NCBI GenBank assembly: GCA_013265495.1
Contig: MU058824.1
Coordinates: 4,181,111-4,245,110, forward strand
Source: Vicugna vicugna
Taxonomy: Eukaryota
Direction: 5' to 3'
Length of the DNA stretch: 64,000 nt
The position numbers and the translations under genes were made by a program. Shown one piece after another: positions 55,087-64,000 of the stretch (within the stretch, counting starts at the first letter, position 1; every line of letters begins with the position of its first letter). The notes beneath the pieces are model-generated. The model saw nothing but the letters and a program-made list of their open reading frames with translations. It was not told the origin of the DNA and did no database searches.

Positions 55087-55105
55087 TCCACACCAGGGGG
55101 CACCA
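55087..55105 (+). promoter_or_regulatory. Candidate CTCF binding site
   Basis: TCCACACCAGGGGGCACCA versus consensus TGGCCACCAGGGGGCGCTA; core CACCAGGGGGCAC intact; lies in non-repeat sequence. Confidence 0.65.
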
Positions 55106-55354
55106 CTGTACAAAACCAGTTCCAAATAAAAGCCTTTCAACGTACAGGTCAGGATTGATGTGGTTATGAATGTCCAAAATGTGCTTTAAAGTTGCTTTTA
55201 TTTACAGAAAGTATCCATTAAAAAATATGTTTCCCAGAATAGTACAGGATCACTACAGCTCAGAGACTCCTTCCTTCCAAGAAATGTGTTTATTCCATAC
55301 CAAGTAGGGCTTCTAAAATTAAATGGTTTTTGAATGTTTAATGTAAAACCGTTT

Positions 55355-55356
<2 letters not shown>

Positions 55357-55389
<33 letters not shown>
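55357..55389. repeat. Poly-T tract (about 33 nt)
   Basis: Directly visible. Confidence 0.95.
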
Positions 55390-55390
<1 letters not shown>

Positions 55391-55529
55391 TTTTTAGTTG
55401 TGTTCTAAAGCGTAACTTTGTTTAGCTTTCAAATCAAGCTCTGTGTTGATCAAGACCGATTCCTGCGTATGAGCTTGACTCCCATGCTCCTTCCACATAC
55501 ACACAAGTGCAGTGAGATCCGGGCTACAG

Positions 55530-56830
55530 TATCTGCCAAGATAACCAATCACAAGTTTACCAGTGGCTTCCTAAATGTCAAGCCGAATGAACATTTCCAA
55601 TCTTGCTGGACTTCACTGTGGTTTGTGATGCTACTCATTTCTCCTCATTTCTGCAAGCTCTCTGCCTTTAGGCTTTTACGGTCCTGTTCTCACTCCATCC
55701 TCCCTGTTTATCTCCGCGTTCCTTCTCTCTCCCGTCTCTCTGGGTTTCTTTGGCCTGCCGTGTTAATACCAGGGCTCCCAAGGACACGTTCCTCACGCTC
55801 TGGTTTTCTCACTCAGTCCTCTCTCTGGAGTGACCACATCCTCTTCTACTGATTCAGTTGTTTTATCGGTTCTCATGACCCTCAGATTTACATTTCCAGC
55901 CTCATCTTCTCCCCAGAGCTTCTGCCTGTGTTTCTAGCTTCCTGATGAACACTTCCTCCTGAACAGCCCCCAACCCCGAGCAGCCCAGAGGCACTCACAG
56001 TCAGTATCCCCCAAGGCTGGTTTCTCCTCCTGTGTTCTCTATTTCCATTGCTTACCCCACCACCCCACAAACACCCCAGCAAGAATCAGGGAAGTCATCC
56101 TTGACTCATCCATCTAATCAGTCGCCCTGCTGTCCTCCCTTCCTCCACAGCCCCCTGGTTCAGGTTCCATCATCTCCTGCCTTTTCAAGATCTTGCTTCC
56201 AGCTTTGCACCCCACCGCTCTCATAGTCAAAACTCTCCAGAGCCTCCAAAGTGAGTCATTCAAAATGTGAATCTGACTGGCTCCCTTCACCTCTGCTCCC
56301 ACCCATAGCCTCCAACCCTTAGATGGTTCTCATTGCCTGCAGGACACAGTCCAGGCTTGCAGGACGTCCTCCTCTCCAACAAAAGCCCACCTTGTTTTGC
56401 TCCTAACTGTGGTTCCAGCCTCAAGACTCAAGATGCTTTTGCCTTGTATTTTACCCTCTTAGAGCATCAGTCTGCTTACAGTTTCCCAGACACACTGTGC
56501 TCTTTCTTTATCTATTTTCTCAGGCAGACCCTTCTGCCTGGAAGGCCTCTTCCTTTCTCCTCTCCCCTCTCATGACTCAATGCAGATATCACCAGCAAAC
56601 CTTTCCTGATCCTGGGGGTTGGGTCAGACTGTCACCCCTCCTGCAGCGGCCTGGAATTAGTCATTTCCCTTCCTCAGGGTGTGTCAGCCCTTGGTCTTGT
56701 GAGGTTTCCACTCCCCTGTGAGCATCTTGAGTCTGCACTGGGGCATGTCTTTACCTCCAGAGCCCAGCACAGAATCTGGCACATGGTAGAGGTCCAAGAA
56801 ATGTTTCTGGACTGAAGGATTGGAGAATGA
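55530..56830 (+). mobile_element. L2 LINE remnant
   Basis: Pyrimidine-rich diverged L2 ORF2/3' motifs; ends cccagcacagaatctggcacatggtagaggtccaagaaatg. Confidence 0.7.
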
Positions 56831-57339
56831 CTCCCTGGCTTGGTGGCAGGTGGAAACATTCCCCAAGAAATGAATCTGCAGGGGGAGGGGGTTCTGATAA
56901 AAGTGAGGATGGGACAGGAGAGTGTGTGTGAAGGATGTGGACTGGCCTTTAGACTCCCTATGACGTGCACACACAGGGGCAGACGTCCAATAAGCAGTTG
57001 GATGAGCAGGTCTGGAGCTCCAGAGAGAAGGTGGGGCCCTCGGGTGTTGGAAGGATTTCACTGTGTCAGCTAAGAAGACAAGGCTCAGGGGCCCTCAGAA
57101 AAGGAGTCTCGTCGGGGCTGTCTAGGGGCCCAGCTCCACCTTCCTCCAGGAACTGGAGCATGCTGATCCCGGCCAGGCTAGCGTGGCTCTGGCGGAGGAT
57201 AAACAGACACTCTCTTGGTGAAACATGCCAGGGAGAAGCTGCCATGGCTGCCTGTGGCTCTCCTGATTCTGAGTGAACCACCCTTCCTGGATTTGCATGT
57301 GGGGTGAATTAGGTTCAGGTCACTATCAACCTAGGCAGG

Positions 57340-58050
57340 TGAAAGCTGCGCCCCCCACGCTCAGCACACAGACTAGGAGCCGGGAGCAAGCCCGGGCCCG
57401 TGCACAGAGCACAAACGCCGTCAGCCCCTTGACCACCCAAGGTCCAGCAAGGCCGAGTGTCCAGAGAGGGCCTCGCTTGTCCCCCGGGGGCTGGCACGTT
57501 ATGATTACTCCCAGGAATCCACCGCCCAAACCCAACCTGCAACCAAAGGCATGCTGGAGGAGATGCCCCAGAATTTCCTCACCCGGCGCTGTGAAAGGGA
57601 ACTGTGAGGTCCCAAGCGACTACTTCATCCCCGGCTCTCGGTCCACCTTGTGAAGCAATCGCACAGTAAACAGTCGCGGGGGCTGCCTGGACGAGACGCC
57701 CACGGACAGAGGAAAAGTGGGCAACCGGCCGAAGTGGTGGGCTCCCAGCTCCTTTCCCAGAAACACAGCGGCCAGAAGTCCCTGCCTGACCGCGCGGAGG
57801 CGGGCTCCCAGCTGGTTTGCAGAGAAGGCACGGCCTCTGGGTCACCCGCTCGGCTCACCTCACCGCGGCCTCCCTGAGGCGACCCCCACGCAGAGCGGCG
57901 CCGACGGCCGCCATGTTGTGTGAAGTCGCCCCCGCGGCGGGCGGGCGCCTCCTCCAGGGGCTGGGGAGCCGGCGAGAAAGCGAAGGACCGCGAATTTAGC
58001 GGCCCCGTCTTCTGCCTTCAGGCCTGGAAGAGCAGAGAACATGTCACAGG
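57340..58050. promoter_or_regulatory. CpG island / probable promoter, gene unassigned
   Basis: Only GC- and CpG-dense stretch in an otherwise CpG-depleted window; YY1-type CCGCCATGTT at 57908-57917; GGGCGG GC box near 57940. Confidence 0.8.
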
Positions 58051-58104
58051 AGGAGAGAAGAATGAAGCAGAAGCAGAGGTGAGTGGAGACGAAAACAAGT
58101 GACT

Positions 58105-58620
58105 TCTTTTTTCTAAGTGAGGTATAGTTGAGTCACAGCGTTGTGATAGTTTTCGGGTGCACAGCAAAGTGATTCAGCTATACGTATATATATTCTTTTT
58201 CATATTCTTTTCCATTATAGCTGATTACAAGATATTGAATATAGTTCCCTGTGCTATATAGTAGACCCTTGTTGTTTATTTTATGTAACAGTCTATTTTA
58301 TATAACAGTTTGCTATATAATTTGCTAAACCCAAATTCCTAATTTCTCTCTCCGAAGCTCACCACTTTCCCCTTTGGTAACTGTAAGTTTGGTTTCTATG
58401 TCTGTGAGTCTGTTTCTGTTTTGTAAATAAGTTCATTTGTCTCATTTTTTTTTTAGATTCCACAAATAAGTGATATCATATAGTATTTGTCTTTCTCTGT
58501 CTGACTTACTTCACTTAGTATGATAATCTCTAGGTCCATCCATGTTGCTGCAAATGGCATTTCATTCTTTTTTATGGCTGAGTAATATTCTATTCTCTCT
58601 ACGTACCAAATAGAATGTAT

Positions 58621-58684
<64 letters not shown>

Positions 58685-59465
58685 TCCACAACATCTTTAT
58701 CCAGTCATCTGTTGATAAACACGTAGATTGCTTCCATGTCTTGGCTATTGTAAACAGTGCTGCTATGAACATTGGGGTGCATGTGTCTTTTCAAATTAGA
58801 GTTTTTTTTTCTGGATTTATGCCCAGGAGTGAGATTGTTGGATCATATGGTAAGTCTATTTTTAGTTTTTAAAGAAATCTCCATACTGTTCTCCACAGTG
58901 GCTGCACCAAATTACATTCCCACCAACTATGTAGCAGGGTTCCCTTTTCTTCACACCCTCTTCAGCATTTATTGTTTGTGGACTTTTTAATGATGGCCAT
59001 TCTGGCTGGTGTGAGGTGATAACTCATTGTAGTTCTGATTTACATTTCTCTGATAATTAGCAATATCTTTTTATGTGCCTGTTTGCCATTTGTATGTCTT
59101 CTTTGGAGAAATGTCTGTTTAGGTCTTCTGTCCATTTTTTGATTGGTTTTTTTTTTTTGTTATTGTGTTATATGAGCTGTTTGTGTGTTCTGGAAATTAA
59201 GTCCTTGTCAGCTGCATTGTTTGCAAATATTTTCTCCCAGTCCATAGGTTGTCATTTCGTTTTGTTGATGGTATCCTTTGCTGTGCAAAAGCTTATAAGT
59301 TTGATTAGGCCCCATGTGTTTATTTTTGCTTTTATTTCTATTGCCTTGGGAGACTGACCTAGGAAAACATTGCTACGATTTATGTTAGAGAATGTTTTGC
59401 CTATGTTCTCTTCTAGGAGATTCATGGTGTCCTGTCTTATGTTCAAGTCTTTAAGTCATTTTGAG
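58105..59465 (-). mobile_element. L1 3' fragment (about 1.36 kb)
   Basis: ORF2 remnants in the ORF track (59252-59446, 58453-58689); 3' UTR; internal (CT)n(AT)n. Confidence 0.92.
58624..58683. repeat. Compound microsatellite (TC)n(TA)n
   Basis: Directly visible, about 15 units each, inside L1. Confidence 0.95.
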
Positions 59466-61381
59466 GAAAGAAGAGACTCTTGATGGCTCGTCAGTCCCTG
59501 GTTCTTGTCTCAGCTGTGTCTCGGCTCAGGCTCCATGAGACACCCTTAGATCCTTATGACGAAGTTCCTGGGTTTTGACTCAGCTAACTCCACTCCAACT
59601 TACTAAGAATCCTAATTAATCCTGGAAATGTGCTGCTAATTAGCTCTGTGCCCATGGGTAATTTGCTTAACCTCTTTGGGCATCATTTCCTCATCTATCA
59701 ACTAAGGATAATTAGATTCTTCTCAGGATCAAAGGGACTAAATTAAATAATTTAGTGCAAGGGAAAGCGCTGGAGACGGTACCACCCACATGGCAGGCTC
59801 GTAGCTGATCCCTTTCCCGTTGATTCCTTCCTTGAGAGACCAAAGTCCCCTTTGAAAGTCTGCAGTGAAGATTCCAAAATCATTCACACATTGTGATGGG
59901 TGGTTGAAACCCAGAATTGAATGAAAAATGAATTATTTCACACCCTAAAAGAGGACTAGAGCATAAAGTGTCTTCTGAAACTGAAGAGGCAACATATCTC
60001 TGGACTATGTTCCTAGGGTTGCAGATCTAGACATTTGTCTGCTGGACATTTTTCGTTGCCTGCCATTCCCTCGTTTTTTCGTTAAAGTTCCTATCACCCT
60101 CCCCCTACACCGCATGTTCTCATGAAGGGAACATGACTTCAGTGTTAGCTCTGGGATGGGCCCCGGGGACTTAAAGCCAATGAGAACATTCCTTTCCTTT
60201 GGGACAATCAGTGCTTTGAGGGGCAAGTTTCGGTGAATCTCCAGTTCTTACTTGGAATGTTGGTTCAGAAACGCCCTCTGTCCCCTGAATATAAACATGG
60301 AAGTATATGTCCCTCCTGGCTACTGTCAGTCATCCTACAAGAATTAGCCTCAGGATGAAGCTGACCCCACGAAGGCAAAGGATATATGGAAAGAAATGGG
60401 CCCCAAGTCCACCTTTGTCTGACTTCTGGCCATGTGAGCCCGCAAAGCCCCTGTTCAATTTGGCTTTTTGTAACTGGCAAAATAGGACCCAGCTATAGAA
60501 CCACACAAACATCTTCTGGGGCTCCTGATTTCATAAAGTTAGCCATTTGTTTGAACAGTGCCAGTGTTTAAACAGATGCAGCACTGGTATTTGAGAGGAA
60601 AGACCATTTATTCAGATCTCTTCCCAAACAGTGGAGTTTCTACCCCAAGGCAATTCCTCCAATCACCTGGGTTTAACTATGGCCCACATGTCAACAGTGA
60701 CCAGATTTGCCTCTCCTGAGTCTCAGACGCATGTACCCCAGGCAACTTACAGCTCAACGCATCCAGACACACATTTGTCCTCCTTCCCAAACCTCTCAGC
60801 CTCCAGTGCCCTCAGATTTTGTCAAGGGCTCCATCATTATCCAGACCACCCAAGCTGACCCAGCCAATCCAGCCCCCCAGCCCGCCCACCATGCCTCCCA
60901 AGTTCTCACGCCAACCTCCCATTGGCCACCTAGTCTAACAACTTTACCTCCCAAACATTTCTCTCTTCTGCTCCTTTTTATCCATTACCTTTGTTTAGGC
61001 TCTCTTCCTTTCTTTCTTAATTAGTAATTTATTGTCCTAATTACTAATTGAATCATATTTGTTGCTTTTTCTTTTTTCTTTTTGAATCGAGGTATAACTA
61101 ACTTAAAACACCATATTAGTTTCAAGTGTACAAAATGATGATTCGACATTTGCATACACTGCAAAATGATCACAAGTCCAGCCAACCTCTATCACGCTCC
61201 ATAATTACCCTCAATTTTCTTTTCTTGTGATTTTTTTTGGATAGGTTTTCTTTTTTTTTTGTTTTTTTAAGGAAAGTTGAGATCTTGCTGCATATCCAGC
61301 ATGTTAAGTGAAAAGGAGGGGGCAAAACTGTATACAATATGAGCATTCCTATCCATCACTAAATAGTCTTTGCAGAAGGGA

Positions 61382-61975
61382 TTTTTTTAAATTGAAGTAT
61401 AGTTGATTTACAATGTTGTATTAGTTTCTGTCGTACAGCAAAGTGATTCAATTATATAGATGTATTATATATAATGTATATAATATATATTATTTTTCAG
61501 CTTCTTTTCTATTATAGTTTGTTACAAGCTATTGAATACAGTTCCCTGGGCTATACAGTAGGAACTTGTTTATCTATTTTATATATAGTTTGCATCTGCT
61601 AATTCCAATCTCCTAATTTACCCCCTTTTCCCCTTTGGTAACCATAGTTTGTTTTCTATGTCTGTGAGTCTGTTTCTGTTTTGTAAATAAGTTCATTTGT
61701 CTCATTTTTTTTAGATTCCACATATAAGTGATATCATATATTATTTGTCTTTCTTGTCTTACTTCACTTAGTATGATAATCGCTAGGTCCATTCATGTTG
61801 CTGCAAATGGCATTATTTCATTCTTTTTTATGGCTGAGTAGTATTCCATTATATATATACCACATCTTTATACATTCATCTGTTGATGGACATTTAGGTT
61901 ACTTCTGTGTCTTGGCTATTGTAAATTGTGCTGCTGTGAATATTGGGGTGCATGTCTCTTTTCTGAATTAGAATT
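61382..61975 (-). mobile_element. L1 3' end
   Basis: aattgaagtatagttgatttacaatg... same family as 58105-59465. Confidence 0.88.
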
Positions 61976-62874
61976 TTACAGGAGGAATTTTTAAAGTGGC
62001 CTGCTAATCTATTGTATGGTTATCAAAACTTATTTAATCATTTTCCTACTACATTTAGATTGCTCCATCCTGGGCTATGAGAATTTTTGTCAATCCAATT
62101 ATTTTCCCCCCTTGAATCCACCCTTCATGGCAAATCTTGATGTGTCATTCCTATGTTAGAGCCCCATTCATGGCTCTATGTCACCTAGATGGCACCCAGG
62201 ACCTTCCTGGACCTCCTTACCTTTCTAGCCTTATTTCTTGCTAGTATCAATTTTGCGTTTTACACTCTAGAAATGGAAATTATCTGTGACTCCCTTACAC
62301 ACACTCCATGCTGCCTTGTGCTCCAAGTTTTCCCGTCATGCATCCCTTCTCCCTGGACCATTCTTCTCACACTTCTTTGCCTGGAAAACTTCTTTTTATT
62401 CACTGAGACTCAACCCAGGGGTCATTTCTCCCAGGAAGCTCTCCACTGCCATCTCCAACTTGGTACTTTCTACATAATAATGCTTCTATTTCTGATTATA
62501 TACTTTCTCCATCACTGATCATAGGTTGGTTTCTTAAGACCAAGGATGATGTCTTGTCCATCTTTGAGTGTCTAGCCCCTGGCATATAGTATGTACTAAT
62601 TTTTTTTAAATCAACCTGAACTTTTGTCCAGTGGACTGGGAAGAAGAGAGGTACTCAGGTGTTAACACTGTGGCTGGAAGGTTGATAAATAGGAGTTAGC
62701 TCTATTAATAACTGTTGGAGGCAGGAATAGTTGGATATGATGGAGGCCCACGGCCACCACGTTTACTTCAGCATAGATTTTTAATGGGGAGAAAGGCAAA
62801 GAGCAAGAGAGATCAAGAGAAAGACAACCTGTAGTCAGGCTGTGTGTTTTATAAAAGAATCTGCATTATAAGGC

Positions 62875-63375
62875 AGGGCATTCATTTTTTGCTGTATAAC
62901 AAGTTACTCCAAAATGTAGCAGCTTAAAAATAATAAACATTTATTATGTCACAGAGTTTCTGAGGATCAGGAATCCAAGAGTGGCTTAGTTGGTTCTGAC
63001 TCACGGTCTCTAATGAGGATGTGATTGAGCTATCGACTGGGGCTGCCGTCTCTGGAGACTCAACTGGAGCTGAAGAGGCTGCTTCCAAGCTCGTTTAGGT
63101 GGTTGTTGGCAGCCTTCACTTGGGGCCACTTTATAGGGCTGCTTAACATGGTAGCTTGCTCCCCACAAAGCAAATAACCCAAGGAAGAGAGCTCAAGTCT
63201 TTCTTAAACTGGTAACCTTACCAGGTAACCTTATAACCTGGTAACCTTAAAACCTAATCTTGGAGGTGAAATGCCATCTCTTTTGCCATCGTCTGTCAGT
63301 CACACAGACCAACCCGGGCACAGTGTCGGAAGATACTACTCTAAGGTGTGGATACTGGGAGGCTGGCTACCACAG
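62875..63375. mobile_element. ERVL-MaLR LTR (MLT1F-like)
   Basis: gctgtataacaagttactccaaaa...aaacatttattat...ggaggctggctaccaca. Confidence 0.72.
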
Positions 63376-64000
63376 TTCCCCCTACCAACAACACATCTAT
63401 TTGCTCTTCAGCAAGTAAATGGGTTTGACGGGGATTTTTTGTTTTGTTTTTTAAACACTGGCTTCCTAGGAAAACTGAAGAGAGCACTCTTTACTTAATC
63501 TGCCCCTGTGTAAACCTCATCTTTACCTGATAAGAAAGCCGGAAGCTTTGTTACACTGCAATCATCTCCTACCACCGCCCCCACCCCACTTCATGTTAGC
63601 TGGGGTGATTAGAGAAACATTCCTGGTGCAGTAAATCTGATGGCAGAGCCCTACAGCCCAGAGCTTGGCTCCCTGGTTCCAGGGCGGCCAGCTGCCAGCG
63701 AGCCTCTCCCTGCTGGTCCACGCCCCCTCTGTTGGCTCGTGACCATGCCTGTTCATCCCCCACCCTGACTTGGGGTGGCCCTGGTCCACATGTCCTTGAC
63801 GCATGGCCAGACTCTACAGTAGCCTTCTTAATGAAACAGGGAAACTGCAAAGTTCAAGTGGGTGTTTAGTACTCAGCTTTTAGCAGTAGAGTCTTCAAAC
63901 AAAGACCATAATGTTCATCTCGACCTTCATGAGGAAAAGATGTTTGGGGTCTGGGAGTTTTGCAGTAGGCTGGGCAGGAGTTAGGAGTGGGCTGGGAGTT

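Larger units (their letters stand above)
57990..59622 (+). mobile_element. MLT1K/J-like LTR remnant in two pieces (about 57990-58104 and 59466-59622), split by the L1
   Basis: gagagaagaatgaagcag before the L1; cagtccctggttc...ccatgagacaccc...atccttat...cctaattaat after it; together they resemble my recollection of the MLT1K 3' half. Confidence 0.55.

Noticed and set aside
55357..55530. Poly-T as the tail of a minus-strand processed pseudogene
   Set aside because: No adjacent polyadenylation signal, TSD or coding homology that I can recognise; the neighbouring sequence runs into L2
56674..58102. Many overlapping 60-126 aa ORFs on both strands
   Set aside because: Expected from stop-codon scarcity in GC-rich DNA; no recognisable domain
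60297..60345. ATGGAAGTATAT as a possible alternative first exon of GNE
   Set aside because: Only two or three codons resemble the expected N-terminus as I recall it, and there is no suitable donor

Overview
Mammalian genomic DNA, AT-rich and dense in transposable elements. It is probably camelid, inferred from seven copies of a tRNA-derived SINE resembling Vic-1. The window holds almost all of RNF38 (RING-H2 E3 ubiquitin ligase) on the + strand: 11 coding exons from 5535 to 46983, all with GT-AG junctions and compatible phases. They join to 1536 nt (511 codons plus TGA). The first coding exon (MACK in the human protein, from memory) lies upstream of the window, so exons are numbered from 2. 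A 3' UTR of about 3.4 kb with no recognisable repeats ends at AATAAA 50332-50337. Downstream lie a strong CTCF-like motif (55087-55105) and a CpG island (about 57.3-58.05 kb) that I cannot assign to a gene. The island has a YY1/Kozak element and outward-facing splice donors on both strands, and it abuts an old MLT1K-like LTR split by a younger L1. I see no demonstrably new biological system. The best leads are the orphan, possibly bidirectional CpG promoter, a candidate 29-nt micro-exon in intron 1, and inverted repeat pairs around exon 2 and exons 3-4. Exon coordinates were counted by hand. Repeat boundaries and subfamily names come from visual recognition and are approximate.
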